From: Cryomorphaceae bacterium
GTDB taxonomy: Bacteria > Bacteroidota > Bacteroidia > Flavobacteriales_D > Cryomorphaceae
Reading direction: 5' to 3'
NCBI GenBank assembly: GCA_036751905.1
Contig: DAIOTP010000001.1
Coordinates: 1,014-65,013, forward strand
Length of the DNA: 64,000 bases
Of the stretch, positions 9,618 to 19,879 are shown one piece after another. The translations under genes and the position numbers were made by a program. A model generated the notes under the pieces. It was not told the origin of the DNA. It worked only from the letters and a program-made list of their open reading frames with translations, and searched no databases. Numbering within the stretch: position 1 is the first letter of the stretch; the number at the start of each line of letters is the position of its first letter.

Positions 9618-10757
9618 TTAATTGGTAACACTGGCCTTTCGGTCAGCGAAATAACGCATGATGTCAACACTCATGCGTGTAAACAGTAGGTGCGCGTTTA
9701 CATTGCGCTCTACGAGGTAGTGCCCTTCACTGAGCACATCATGCAGCTTTTGCATGTCGCCACCCGTAATGTAGGGTGCGAATTTTTGAGCAAAAGCCGC
9801 CGCATCCTTATCAAACATCGCCTGGCCCACCGGAGTGAATTCCCGCATGATGCACTTATGCACAAAATCAAGGGCGTACTCTATAAATTGTTGCTGCTGA
9901 TCACGGCTTTGCTTGCTGAAAGCATCGGCAAGGTTAAATATTTCGGCAAATTCGCGCTTGTAGGTGTGGCGCATCCAGCGGCTAAAGCGCTCCAGCTGCT
10001 CTCCCATGGCGGCACTGTTGAGGTGTAAATGCAAAGCCTGCTGGTAGCTGCCTTCAGCACGCAAAGCCAAAGCCTCAGCGGTTGGCCCATCCAAGCCTTC
10101 CCGCTCCACAAGTGCTTTGGATATTTCCTTTTCGCTCAAGGGTTCACATTGCACCAGTTGTACTCGTGAGCGTATTGTGGGCAGTAGATCATCTATCTGG
10201 CTGCATACCAGAATGATGAGGGTTTTGGGTGAAGGCTCTTCCAAGGTTTTGAGCAAGCGGTTGGCCGCCTCACGGTTCAGTTTTTCAGCATGCCAAATAA
10301 TCAAAACCTTGTGTCCCTTGGCAAAGGCTTTGAGGCTTAAAGATTTGATAATTTCATGGCCTTCATCGGCAGTGATGACCGACTTTTTTTTCTCCCCATT
10401 TAAGCTAAGCTCCCACTCTACCAGGCTGGTATAAGGGTTTTTGCGCATCACTTCCGCAAATGCCCTTTGGTGGGGCGCGGCTGTTTTGATTTTATCGGTT
10501 TTGATAAAAGGGTAGGAAAAGTGAAGGTCGGGATGTGCAAGCTGGTCGAGCTGCTTGCAAGCGGGGCATTGGCCGCAACGGTCATCGGCTTGTGGGTTGC
10601 TGCACAAAATGTAGGAAGCAAACGCCATAGCCAATGGCATATGTCCTCCTCCTTCCGGGCCCAAAAAAAGCAAGGCGTGGCCCACATGCCCTTCGGCAAC
10701 CGACCTAACGAGCTGGTGCTTCGCTTTTTCTAATCCTATGACTTGTTTGAACTTCAC
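9618..10757 (-). CDS. holB: DNA polymerase III subunit delta prime
   Basis: GHALLFLGPEGGG P-loop-like segment, CGQCPACKQ zinc module, SRVQ sensor motif; GTG start at 10757. Confidence 0.8.
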   Translation of the reverse strand: MKFKQVIGLEKAKHQLVRSVAEGHVGHALLFLGPEGGGHMPLAMAFASYILCSNPQADDRCGQCPACKQLDQLAHPDLHFSYPFIKTDKIKTAAPHQRAFAEVMRKNPYTSLVEWELSLNGEKKKSVITADEGHEIIKSLSLKAFAKGHKVLIIWHAEKLNREAANRLLKTLEEPSPKTLIILVCSQIDDLLPTIRSRVQLVQCEPLSEKEISKALVEREGLDGPTAEALALRAEGSYQQALHLHLNSAAMGEQLERFSRWMRHTYKREFAEIFNLADAFSKQSRDQQQQFIEYALDFVHKCIMREFTPVGQAMFDKDAAAFAQKFAPYITGGDMQKLHDVLSEGHYLVERNVNAHLLFTRMSVDIMRYFADRKASVTN

Positions 10758-10773
10758 GGGCTTTACCGAAGAG

Positions 10774-10781
10774 CAAAGCTA
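10774..10781 (-). promoter_or_regulatory. -7 box TAGCTTTG upstream of holB
   Basis: exact TAnnTTTG match 17 nt upstream of the GTG start. Confidence 0.35.
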
Positions 10782-10935
10782 CTAAAAAAGCCCGCACCTC
10801 AGCGCCCGGAGGAGCACCGGGCCAACCACGACACGCCGTCAAAAACTCAGCTTTGAATCTCCGTGAATGGCAGTCCTATGAATCCAACGGATGCTCAATC
10901 TAAGGGCTTCCCGATCAATGTTCAATGAACTCAGC

Positions 10936-12882
10936 CTAACTTGCTGCGTATTTTGATAGCCTGGTCTTTTTTTCGCCGAGCAAGCGGCGTGAGGTGGCGC
11001 AAATGGCTTCCGCGTCAAATCCCGCTTCTGCGTAAAGCTGCTCCGGGCTGCCGTGCTCAAACCACTTGTCGGGAATACCGAGCCGCTTCACTTGCGCCTG
11101 ATAGCCATGGTCAGCCATAAACTCCAGTACTGCACTGCCCATGCCGCCTTGTATGCAGCCATCCTCGACCGTAATCACTTTATCGAATTTGGCGAATACC
11201 TCATGCAGCAGCACCTCATCAATGGGCTTGGCGAAGCGCATGTCGTACACAGCCGCGCTGATGCCTTCCTGGTGCAGTTCTTCGGCTGCCTTTACGGCAA
11301 AATTGCCCGGATGACCGATGGTCAGAAATGCGATGTCGCTGCCGTTGCGCACGCGACGCCCTGTTCCGATTTTGATTTCCTCGAAGGGTGTGCGCCAGTC
11401 GGTGAGTACCCCTTCGCCGCGTGGGTAGCGTATGCTGAATGGGCCATGGTCCTTAAGCTGTGCCGTGTACATGAGGTTGCGGAGCTCGCTTTCGTTCATT
11501 GGTGCGCTCACTATCATGTTGGGAATGCAGCGGAAGTATGCTATGTCATAGGTGCCGTGGTGGGTAGGCCCATCGGCACCGGCGAATCCAGCCCTGTCGA
11601 GACAGAAAATGACGGGCAGGTTTTGAAGCGCCACGTCGTGAACCACCTGGTCATAGGCGCGCTGCATAAAGCTGCTGTATATGTTGCAATAGGGAACCAT
11701 TCCCTGAGTGGCAAGCCCTGCGCTGAAGGTCACGGCATGTTGCTCGGCGATGCCCACATCGAAGGCGCGGTCAGGCATGGCTTCCATCATGAATTTGAGT
11801 GAACAGCCCGTTGGCATGGCAGGCGTGATGCCCGTAATTTTATCATTCTTCTCGGCAAGCTCCACGATGGTATAGCCGAATACGTCCTGGTATTTGGGCG
11901 GTTGCGGGCTCTTGGGCACCACCTTGATGATTTCGCCGGTTTCTTTGTTGAAAAGGCCTGGAGCGTGCCAGGTGGTGGGTGATCCCGCTTCGGCAGGTTC
12001 GTAGCCCTTGCCTTTCTTGGTGAGGCAGTGGAGTATTTTGGGTCCGGGTATATCTTTCAAGTCACGCAACACCTGCACAAGGTGGTTCACGTCATGGCCA
12101 TCTACCGGGCCAAAGTATCGGAAGTTAAGACTCTCAAAAAGATTGCTCTGTTTAAGCAAAGACCCTTTGATGGCGTTTTCCACCTTTTGGGCAATGGCCT
12201 GTGCATTGGGCCCGAATTTGCTGATTTTTCCGAGAAGGTTCCACACCTCATCCTTTACTTTATTGTACGTATGGCTCGTGGTAATGTCGGTGAGGTAATC
12301 CTTCAAAGCACCCACATTGGGGTCTATGCTCATGCAATTGTCGTTGAGGATGACCAGCATGTTTGAATTTTCGGCGCCGGCGTGGTTCATGCCTTCAAAG
12401 GCAAGCCCCGCTGTCATCGATCCATCTCCGATCACAGCGATGTGCTGCTTGTCGAGTTCCCCTTTGAGGCGGCTGGCTACGGCCATGCCGAGCGCCCCGC
12501 TGATAGAGGTGGAGGAGTGGCCCACACCAAAGGTATCATACTCACTCTCCGACCTTTTCGGGAAACCGCTCAAGCCTTTGTACTTTCGGTTGGTGTGAAA
12601 CACTTTGCGGCGGCCGGTGAGTATTTTATGGCCATACGCCTGGTGGCCTACATCCCACACAAGTTGATCGCTCGGGGTATTGAACACATAATGAAGGGCT
12701 ACCGTGAGTTCCACTACACCGAGGCTTGCACCGAAGTGACCGCCTTTTGTGCTTACAACATCAATGATAAAATCACGCAGCTCATCGCAAACTTGTTCAA
12801 GTTCTGTTTCTTTGATTTTTTCTCTTAAATCGTTGGGAAATTCGATTTTGTCGAGCAGTGGGCCAGCTTTGTATGAATCCAT
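10936..12882 (-). CDS. dxs: 1-deoxy-D-xylulose-5-phosphate synthase
   Basis: 648 aa; GGHFGASLGVVELTVALH, GHQAYGHKILTGRR and IGDGSMTAG (TPP-binding) motifs. Confidence 0.95.
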   Translation of the reverse strand: MDSYKAGPLLDKIEFPNDLREKIKETELEQVCDELRDFIIDVVSTKGGHFGASLGVVELTVALHYVFNTPSDQLVWDVGHQAYGHKILTGRRKVFHTNRKYKGLSGFPKRSESEYDTFGVGHSSTSISGALGMAVASRLKGELDKQHIAVIGDGSMTAGLAFEGMNHAGAENSNMLVILNDNCMSIDPNVGALKDYLTDITTSHTYNKVKDEVWNLLGKISKFGPNAQAIAQKVENAIKGSLLKQSNLFESLNFRYFGPVDGHDVNHLVQVLRDLKDIPGPKILHCLTKKGKGYEPAEAGSPTTWHAPGLFNKETGEIIKVVPKSPQPPKYQDVFGYTIVELAEKNDKITGITPAMPTGCSLKFMMEAMPDRAFDVGIAEQHAVTFSAGLATQGMVPYCNIYSSFMQRAYDQVVHDVALQNLPVIFCLDRAGFAGADGPTHHGTYDIAYFRCIPNMIVSAPMNESELRNLMYTAQLKDHGPFSIRYPRGEGVLTDWRTPFEEIKIGTGRRVRNGSDIAFLTIGHPGNFAVKAAEELHQEGISAAVYDMRFAKPIDEVLLHEVFAKFDKVITVEDGCIQGGMGSAVLEFMADHGYQAQVKRLGIPDKWFEHGSPEQLYAEAGFDAEAICATSRRLLGEKKTRLSKYAAS

Positions 12883-12916
12883 TCAGCGGTGTGGTAAATG
12901 TAAAGTAAGGAATTAA

Positions 12917-12924
12917 CAAAAGTA
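12917..12924 (-). promoter_or_regulatory. -7 box TACTTTTG upstream of dxs
   Basis: exact TAnnTTTG match 35 nt upstream of ATG 12882 in an AT-rich spacer. Confidence 0.4.
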
Positions 12925-12955
12925 TAAAAATAATGTTGACGCGGTCTTGGTCATT

Positions 12956-13876
12956 TTAGCCAGACCCGTTTACAGGAGTGCTGCCGGCACGCGTTTTGCG
13001 GCGCATGGCGTAGCTTTTCATCACAGCATTTGCGAAAAGTGCCCCTATGAGTATGGCCGCACCTGTATAGAATCCGCCCGTCATTTTCTCGCTTTCGCCA
13101 AAAATAAAGAAAGCCAGCACTATGCCATAGATGGGTTCCAGGTTGATCGTGAGCGATACCGTAAAGGGTGTAAGCACTTCCATCACTTTTACGCTCGCCA
13201 CAAAAGCAAATGCCGTGCAAACCGTAGCCAGGATCACGATCCACACCCAATCCATGGCGGGCATTTGGAGCAGTGATGCATTCATTTTTCCCGTAAGGGC
13301 CATCCAAATTGCGATGGCTGCGGTACCTGCCAGCATTTCAACCAAGCTGATGCGGTAAGGATTGTCATTGCGTATGAAGGTGCCATTGACCACTGTAAAG
13401 GTGCTGGCCAGCAGCGCACTGAGCAATGCTAGGGCGATGCCCACCTTGTACTCCGTTTCGAAGCTGAATATCAATACAAGGCCAATAATTACAAGCACGC
13501 CCAGCACCAACTCGCCTGCATGGATGCGGCGCTTAAATGCAATGGGCTCAATGAGTGCAGTAAAGAGGCTTGCTGCGCTAAGGCAAGCCAGGGTCACCGA
13601 CACATTGCTCTGCTTGATGGCTTCAAAAAATGTGATCCAGTGCCCTGCAATCAAAAGCCCCACAGCGCTATAGCGCCAACCATTCACGCGAAGCGATTTC
13701 TTGATTTTGCCTGTTCCGTATGCAAAGATGGCAATGCTAAGCGCCGCAATGCCCATGCGCCATAGCACGAGCTTGTCGCTCGCTGTTTCAATAAGCTTGC
13801 CAAGGATGCCTGTAAAACCAAAAATGAATACCACCACGTGCAGAAGCACGAGGTTGCTCAGCCTTTGTTTATCCAT
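12956..13876 (-). CDS. EamA/DMT-family transporter
   Basis: 306 aa with ~10 TM helices in two EamA-like halves. Confidence 0.75.
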   Translation of the reverse strand: MDKQRLSNLVLLHVVVFIFGFTGILGKLIETASDKLVLWRMGIAALSIAIFAYGTGKIKKSLRVNGWRYSAVGLLIAGHWITFFEAIKQSNVSVTLACLSAASLFTALIEPIAFKRRIHAGELVLGVLVIIGLVLIFSFETEYKVGIALALLSALLASTFTVVNGTFIRNDNPYRISLVEMLAGTAAIAIWMALTGKMNASLLQMPAMDWVWIVILATVCTAFAFVASVKVMEVLTPFTVSLTINLEPIYGIVLAFFIFGESEKMTGGFYTGAAILIGALFANAVMKSYAMRRKTRAGSTPVNGSG

Positions 13877-14459
13877 CGTGGTGGCTGCTGCCTATTTCTG
13901 TAACCCCCCCACTCACTATGAATTTCATGAACTCAGCCCGATTTACTCCATCCGGCAATGGAATGACACTGCCCGCCGGAACGATGAAAATATTTCCTGA
14001 AAAGTTGTAGCTATGCGGAAGGTATACCGCCACTTTGCCCTCGGCAATGCCCAGCATGCTGAGGTCTTCGGAAGTGATGAAACCAGGCTTTTGCACATGG
14101 CCATCCGGTGTGAGGTTGACAAGCACAGGTTTGGAAAAACTCTTCTTTTGTCCGGTAAAAGCCGAGAGCAAATCGCTTACGGCGGTGTAAAATGTTTTGA
14201 TAAGGGGTATGCGGTCGAGTAAGGCATTCGCACGGTTCAGGATGGGGCGTCCAATAAACGAAGATCCCAAAAAGCCCAAAATGGTAATGCCCACCAGCAA
14301 CACGAGCAGTCCAAGGCCGGGCACATCCATAGGAATGAGAGCATCCAGAAATTCAAAAAGGCGGTATACCACATACGCCAGCAACACCGTAGGTATCACA
14401 AGCAGAAGACCTTGCAAGAAATACCCAAAAATGCGGCGCATGAGTGACTTGGATGACAT
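13869..14459 (-). CDS. DUF502-family membrane protein
   Basis: two N-terminal TM helices, then ...RIPLIKTFYTAVSDLL... typical of DUF502; 8-nt overlap with the downstream EamA gene. Confidence 0.65.
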   Translation of the reverse strand: MSSKSLMRRIFGYFLQGLLLVIPTVLLAYVVYRLFEFLDALIPMDVPGLGLLVLLVGITILGFLGSSFIGRPILNRANALLDRIPLIKTFYTAVSDLLSAFTGQKKSFSKPVLVNLTPDGHVQKPGFITSEDLSMLGIAEGKVAVYLPHSYNFSGNIFIVPAGSVIPLPDGVNRAEFMKFIVSGGVTEIGSSHHDG

Positions 14460-14505
14460 GACGGCTTGAATTACACCGCGAAGGTAGCTGAAAACTGCAA
14501 TGTGC

Positions 14506-14865
14506 TTAGCGAAGCAGTTCCAATTGCGCTCTCAGCTTCCTTGACAAGCCCTGCACCACGAGATCATAGCTGTGGTCAATCAAGCGCCACTGCAGTTCAT
14601 CGGGTACATTGGCATAGGCTACGATGGTATTCCAATGCTTCTTGTTGCTGTGGTAGCCTGGCACGATGCCTTCCGGGTATTGCTCCCTCAACTCCACGGC
14701 CCATTCAGGGTCACATTTGGCATTGAATCCGGTGTAGTGATCCACGTCGCAAATGGCAAACATCTTGCCCATTACTTTGAATACCAGTGTGCTTTCATCG
14801 AAGGGAAAGGTTTCCTCAACACCCGGCTTGGCCAGGCAGTATTCGCGAAAAGCTTCAATGTGCAT
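14506..14865 (-). CDS. MmcQ/YjbR-family protein
   Basis: 119 aa; FREYCLAKPGVEETFPFDE...FKVMGKMFA resembles the YjbR family. Confidence 0.7.
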   Translation of the reverse strand: MHIEAFREYCLAKPGVEETFPFDESTLVFKVMGKMFAICDVDHYTGFNAKCDPEWAVELREQYPEGIVPGYHSNKKHWNTIVAYANVPDELQWRLIDHSYDLVVQGLSRKLRAQLELLR

Positions 14866-14881
14866 GGCTGAACATTTTCCG

Positions 14882-14889
14882 CAAAGGTA
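14882..14889 (-). promoter_or_regulatory. -7 box TACCTTTG upstream of the mmcQ-like gene
   Basis: exact TAnnTTTG match 17 nt upstream of ATG 14865. Confidence 0.35.
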
Positions 14890-14982
14890 AACAAGATTGA
14901 ATTCGCAGGTGGCCGCTACACGCCCTGCTGCGTGTGCGAAAACCGGGCCCGACCCCTGTCAAAAGCACGTCGAAACCCTTGC

Positions 14983-17043
14983 TTACTTTTTGAAAAATTT
15001 CTGGGTTTGCACTTCTCCATCACTCTGAACACGCAGCAGGTACATGCCCTGAGCAAGGGACTGCACGTCATAAATCAATACAGACCGGCCCTCGGGCAAA
15101 GACTCTCGCTGGGCTGCGCTTACCTGCTTGCCGGCAAGGTCATATATTTCAATGATCAGGTCGCGGGGCTGGCCCGATTCCAAATGTACTTGCAGCAGGT
15201 CGGTGGCAGGGTTGGGGCTGAGCTGCATAGCCCCTATCCCCATGGCTGAAGCCGCATCCTCAAGCACCATGAGGTTTGCGCTTCCCGTGCCATTGAAGGT
15301 GATGTTGGTGCATGTTTGTAAATCGGCAGTTTGGTTGGCTCCGTTGTTGCTCACAATGAAGTTGGTGCAATTGGCACAAGCCGCTGTATACGTGTACCAA
15401 ACATTGCCGGTGGGCTGCATAGGGAAACCGGGCCAGGCTGTTTCATCCGTTTGGGGAACGCTGTTCCATAGGTAAATGTGGGGACTGGTCCATGAGGCAG
15501 GAAAGCGAATGTTCCAGGTAAGGCCGTTGCCACAGCCGTTGTTTCCACAAAAGTCGGGTTCATCATTGGCCCAAGCCCCATTCACATACCAGCTGTCCTT
15601 CCAGGCAAACAAGTCGGGCGTTTGCAATCCCTGGTTGTTATGAAAGAGAAAATTGGCGCTCTGCGCATTGGCAAAGGTGTAGCTGAACCAGCGGTCGCAC
15701 ACCAGGGTTGGGGCCACGCCCGGCCATGTGGAGGAGCTGCCGCCTGGCTGCACATTCCAATAGTGGATGCGTGGCTGACCCGTTGCATTGTTGGGGGCTT
15801 TGAGGTACACGGTAAAGCCCGCAGGTTGCGCCGGCAATCTGTCCCACACAGCATAATTGCTGCCGGAGGCCTTCAGGTTCCAGCCATTGCCTGGTGGGCT
15901 CCATGATCCGGGGCCTATTTTCATGGCTACCTTGTCGTCGAGAATGGCCGCGTACACATTGTTGGTAGCTTGGATAATATTTACACTGCTTTCATCGGTC
16001 AGGCCGTTTCGCTTGCGAATCCATACCAGGTCTTTGATTTGATCGTACAGCCCCCAGTCGAAAAGGTGGTCCCAGAACACTGTGGGTGTACCGGGGTGGG
16101 TGAGGATATAGCAGTAGCCCTCCATCACTTTATTTCCCGGAAAGGGCCAATAATTTTGGCTGCTGCCTGTATCGTGGTTGTCGATGAAAGTTACCGCCCG
16201 CGAAGGCCACCAGCCTATAAGGCCGGGTACATTGCCATTTTGGCTCAGGCGCCAGTACTGGTTTTGAACGGCTACTTGAAGTATTCCTTTGGTAGTGAAG
16301 TCGATGGCTTTAGAGGCTCCACCAGTTGCATCAATCCAGTTCACGATGGTTTGGCGGTTGGCATCGGTGTTGTTGATGTCAAAATCGGGCCAGAGTTCGG
16401 CCATGCTGAAGGAAGGATTGGTGGCATTGTTGTACATGCTGATGTAAGATGGTGCAAAACCACGCACGTAGTCGTAGCGCCAGCCTGAAAAACCTATGTC
16501 GTTTTTTAACCAATTGAGCCAGTCAATAATGTCCTGCTGCACTTGGGTATTGGTGTGGTCAATGTCGCGGGCGGGGCCATACAAATCACCGGTATCGGGA
16601 TTGCCGCAAGCGCCATTCCAGCCGTCGTTGCTCACCACGGCCCAACAGCCCCATGCAGGGTTCTGAAAGTCGGCAAAGCCAAATGCGCCAACACGGTGGT
16701 TGATCACGATATCGGCTACCACATCAATGCCTTTGTTGCGCAAATTGTTGATCAGCGCCACCAGCTGGCCCTGGCTCCCGTAGCTCGAATTGACATTGTA
16801 CAGCCTTCTCGGCAAATAGCCTTGCGGGTCGGCGGCATCACTTGGGGGTGGCATCCACACCAGGTCGATACCTGCCTGGGCGATGGCCTCTGTATTGGGC
16901 CACATGGCATTGTACCAGCCCACTGGATTGCTGTGTGAATCCCAGTTGAAGCCTTGCAGCATCACATCACTGTTGGGTTGGGCCAATAGGCAAAGCGGAA
17001 AAAACAAAGAGAGTACAACAATCCGAAGTATCATTTTTTTCAT
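14983..17043 (-). CDS. secreted alpha-amylase, plant-like GH13 catalytic domain plus two starch-binding-like repeats plus T9SS C-terminal sorting domain
   Basis: ORF trimmed to ATG 17043 (MKKMILRIVVLSLFF signal); LQGFNWDS, DIVINHR, GWRYDY, FIDNHDTGS closely follow barley-type amylase motifs; repeats IHYWN...WPG and HIYLWN...WPGFPM; C-terminus ...IEIYDLAGKQV...GMYLLRVQ... Confidence 0.85.
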   Translation of the reverse strand: MKKMILRIVVLSLFFPLCLLAQPNSDVMLQGFNWDSHSNPVGWYNAMWPNTEAIAQAGIDLVWMPPPSDAADPQGYLPRRLYNVNSSYGSQGQLVALINNLRNKGIDVVADIVINHRVGAFGFADFQNPAWGCWAVVSNDGWNGACGNPDTGDLYGPARDIDHTNTQVQQDIIDWLNWLKNDIGFSGWRYDYVRGFAPSYISMYNNATNPSFSMAELWPDFDINNTDANRQTIVNWIDATGGASKAIDFTTKGILQVAVQNQYWRLSQNGNVPGLIGWWPSRAVTFIDNHDTGSSQNYWPFPGNKVMEGYCYILTHPGTPTVFWDHLFDWGLYDQIKDLVWIRKRNGLTDESSVNIIQATNNVYAAILDDKVAMKIGPGSWSPPGNGWNLKASGSNYAVWDRLPAQPAGFTVYLKAPNNATGQPRIHYWNVQPGGSSSTWPGVAPTLVCDRWFSYTFANAQSANFLFHNNQGLQTPDLFAWKDSWYVNGAWANDEPDFCGNNGCGNGLTWNIRFPASWTSPHIYLWNSVPQTDETAWPGFPMQPTGNVWYTYTAACANCTNFIVSNNGANQTADLQTCTNITFNGTGSANLMVLEDAASAMGIGAMQLSPNPATDLLQVHLESGQPRDLIIEIYDLAGKQVSAAQRESLPEGRSVLIYDVQSLAQGMYLLRVQSDGEVQTQKFFKK

Positions 17044-17264
17044 CAGGTCAAAGGTTACGTTTACACCAATCTTACCCGACGAATATAGACAAATTGTCAT
17101 TATGACACAAAGTCTTTTTTGCAAGCTTAGGCCTATCTTGTAGCGCTGTAGGCAATAAAAATATTGGATATGTGTGTTTTGTACACCAAGCAAGAGCGCG
17201 ATATTTTTTTGACGGGACAAAAAGACTTGTGTCTTTGCACATATAAACCCCCCGAATCTGGAAC

Positions 17265-17924
17265 TTATTCGCCTCCGCTCGAAATCATTTCGCGGTACTG
17301 CATCACGTGTATCCCTCTTTCCCCTTGCAATGCATTGTTGAGCATGGCATAAGCCACCGTACGCACGTGTATGGGTTTGTATTTGGCTGCCTTTCCGGCA
17401 AAAAGTGGACTTAGAAGCTGCATCACTGCGCCACCGATTCGCTCCCCCAGCCTGCGCTCTTCCCTTGGCCCCTCGAGAAATGAAGGCTGGTAGATGAAAA
17501 TCCCCTCAAATCCCAAGCCATTGATGGCCTCTTCCATTTCGCCTTTCACCCGGCTGTAGAACATGCTCGATTTTGCGGAAGCACCTACAGCACTCACCAC
17601 ATGAAATTGCTTGACGCCCGCTTTTTTTGCCGCCTGAGCGAAATTGATCACGTATTCATAATCCACCTTGCGGAAAGCCTCCTGACTGCCGGCCTTTTTG
17701 ATGGTGGTGCCGAGTGCGCAAAATGCCACATCAGCGCCTGCACAGGTCTGCTCCAATGCCTTAGATTCACCCAGGTCGGCGGTGCGCCACTTGGTCTTAC
17801 TCCAATCACCCCCAGGGATTCGGCGGGTGAGGACTACGACCTCCGCAAAGAAAGGCTCTGCTTCGAGTGCTTTAAGCAAAAAGCTGCCTACGAGGCCTGT
17901 ACCCCCTGTCACCACAGCTTTCAT
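17265..17924 (-). CDS. NAD(P)H-binding atypical SDR-family protein
   Basis: MKAVVTGGTGLVGSFLL Rossmann motif; 219 aa; 4-nt overlap with the ispG stop. Confidence 0.7.
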   Translation of the reverse strand: MKAVVTGGTGLVGSFLLKALEAEPFFAEVVVLTRRIPGGDWSKTKWRTADLGESKALEQTCAGADVAFCALGTTIKKAGSQEAFRKVDYEYVINFAQAAKKAGVKQFHVVSAVGASAKSSMFYSRVKGEMEEAINGLGFEGIFIYQPSFLEGPREERRLGERIGGAVMQLLSPLFAGKAAKYKPIHVRTVAYAMLNNALQGERGIHVMQYREMISSGGE

Positions 17925-19879
17925 GAATGCGCTGCATTGGGCTCAATCCAGTCGCCGTTGCTGCGGATGAGTTCGATAAGTTCGTCTACCGCGTGTTCGG
18001 AGGGTACGTTGCGCTTCACCACTTCTTTTTCTTTGTAGAGGGTGATTTTGCCCGGGCCGGTGCCCACATAGCCATAATCGGCGTCGGCCATTTCGCCAGG
18101 GCCGTTCACGATGCAGCCCATGATGCCGATTTTCAGGCCTTTCAAATGGTCGGTTCGCGCGCGTATTTTCGCAGTGGTTTCCTGTAGGTCAAAGAGGGTG
18201 CGCCCGCAGGAGGGGCAGGAGATGTACTCGGTTTTGCTAATGCGGGTGCGCGTGGCTTGCAGTATGCCAAAGCTCAAAGCATTGAGTGCTTTGGGCTCGG
18301 TGCTTTCCGAGCTCAACCATATGCCATCGCCGAGGCCATCGAGCAGCAGGGCTCCTGCATCGGTGCTGGCCTGCAGTTGGGTGCGCTCCTTGTTGAGCGG
18401 GCCATAGCTGCGCTGTATGAGCACGGGAAGACTTGCTCCAGCCTCCATCAAAGCCACAAAAGCGCGGCGCATGGCGGCCACAGCATGGGCATTGTCGGTG
18501 TGGAGTAGCAGTACACTTCGTTCAGTTTCTGCGAGCAGGGCAGCCACTTCGGGTTGCCACACTTCGCTGGCGGAAGCGCTGATGAGGTTGAGCTGGGGAT
18601 GCAATTCTCCCCTGTTGCGCAAGGCTTCAAGGGTGTACATCGGGTAGGTGCGGGGTTTGTGCTGCTGCCCTTCCCAAGCTTCGAGGTCGAGGAGGATGCC
18701 CAATGTACCGGGAATTTCAAAATCAATATGATGGGTGCCCGCATACAAGAAATCGGCCGCCTGATCGGCGATGTTCCACTTGTCGAGTGGCACGCTGTAA
18801 TTGTATCCAAAAGCGAAGAAACCCGCGGGGCTTATTTTTTCCTTACGGGAAACGTCGCCGACCACGCATGGCACCTGCCCATCGCCGAAGTTGAGCACTT
18901 TGTGGCTTGAGCGGCGGGTGTAGGTGAAAGGGTCGATGGGGTTGTGGTCGATGGGCGGTATAGGCGCATGGCCTGCGCGGTGTGCATAACGCTCCACGAG
19001 CATCTGCGCCACGGGAATCTCCGCTTCGGGGGCTTCGGTGAGCGATACGCGCACGGTGTCGCCGAGGCCATCTTCGAGCAGTGCACCGATGCCTACGGCA
19101 CTTTTTATACGGCCATCCTCCCCTTCGCCGGCTTCAGTCACGCCGAGGTGTAGGGGATAATTCATGCCTTCGCGCATCATGTGGTTCATGAGCAAACGGT
19201 AAGCTTGCACCATCACTTGGGTGTTGGAGGCCTTCATGCTAAGTACGATGTCGTGGAAATCATGGTCGCGGCATATGCGCAAAAACTCCATGGCGCTTTC
19301 CACCATCCCAAGGGGAGTATCCCCATAGCGGCTCATGATGCGGTCGCTCAGCGAGCCGTGGTTGGTGCCTATCCGCATGGCGGTGCCGTGTTCCTTGCAC
19401 AGCAGCACGAGGGGTTCGAAGCGCTCTCGGATGCGGGCCAGTTCCGTAAGGTAGCCCTCATCGGTGTAGTCGATGTGGTCAAATTTCTTCTTATCGGCAT
19501 AGTTGCCTGGGTTCACGCGCACCTTCTCCACGATGCGGGCGGCCACCTCGGCGGCATTGGGGGTGAAGTGTATGTCGGCCACGAGGGGGGTGTCATAACC
19601 TTTTGCTCTGAGCGCTTCTTTGATCGGCAGCAGGTTTTCCGCGTCTTTTTTGCTGGGCGCAGTGATGCGCACAAGTTCACAACCTGCTTCAATCATGCGG
19701 ATGCTTTGTGCCACGGTGCCTTCAGTGTCCATGGTATCGGTGGTGGTCATGGACTGCACCCTTATGGGATTGTGTCCGCCGAGTGTAAGGTTTCCAATCT
19801 TTACTTCGCGGGTGATAAACCGCTCATAATGCGTGTTACTGGGGCAATATGACTTTTCGTCAAATGTAGTGGCTTGCAT
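17921..19879 (-). CDS. ispG: 4-hydroxy-3-methylbut-2-enyl diphosphate synthase, long (insert-containing) form
   Basis: ORF trimmed to ATG 19879; GGHNPIRVQSMT, RITAPS and the C-terminal CPSCGRT ... GCIVNGPGE Fe-S motifs. Confidence 0.9.
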   Translation of the reverse strand: MQATTFDEKSYCPSNTHYERFITREVKIGNLTLGGHNPIRVQSMTTTDTMDTEGTVAQSIRMIEAGCELVRITAPSKKDAENLLPIKEALRAKGYDTPLVADIHFTPNAAEVAARIVEKVRVNPGNYADKKKFDHIDYTDEGYLTELARIRERFEPLVLLCKEHGTAMRIGTNHGSLSDRIMSRYGDTPLGMVESAMEFLRICRDHDFHDIVLSMKASNTQVMVQAYRLLMNHMMREGMNYPLHLGVTEAGEGEDGRIKSAVGIGALLEDGLGDTVRVSLTEAPEAEIPVAQMLVERYAHRAGHAPIPPIDHNPIDPFTYTRRSSHKVLNFGDGQVPCVVGDVSRKEKISPAGFFAFGYNYSVPLDKWNIADQAADFLYAGTHHIDFEIPGTLGILLDLEAWEGQQHKPRTYPMYTLEALRNRGELHPQLNLISASASEVWQPEVAALLAETERSVLLLHTDNAHAVAAMRRAFVALMEAGASLPVLIQRSYGPLNKERTQLQASTDAGALLLDGLGDGIWLSSESTEPKALNALSFGILQATRTRISKTEYISCPSCGRTLFDLQETTAKIRARTDHLKGLKIGIMGCIVNGPGEMADADYGYVGTGPGKITLYKEKEVVKRNVPSEHAVDELIELIRSNGDWIEPNAAHS

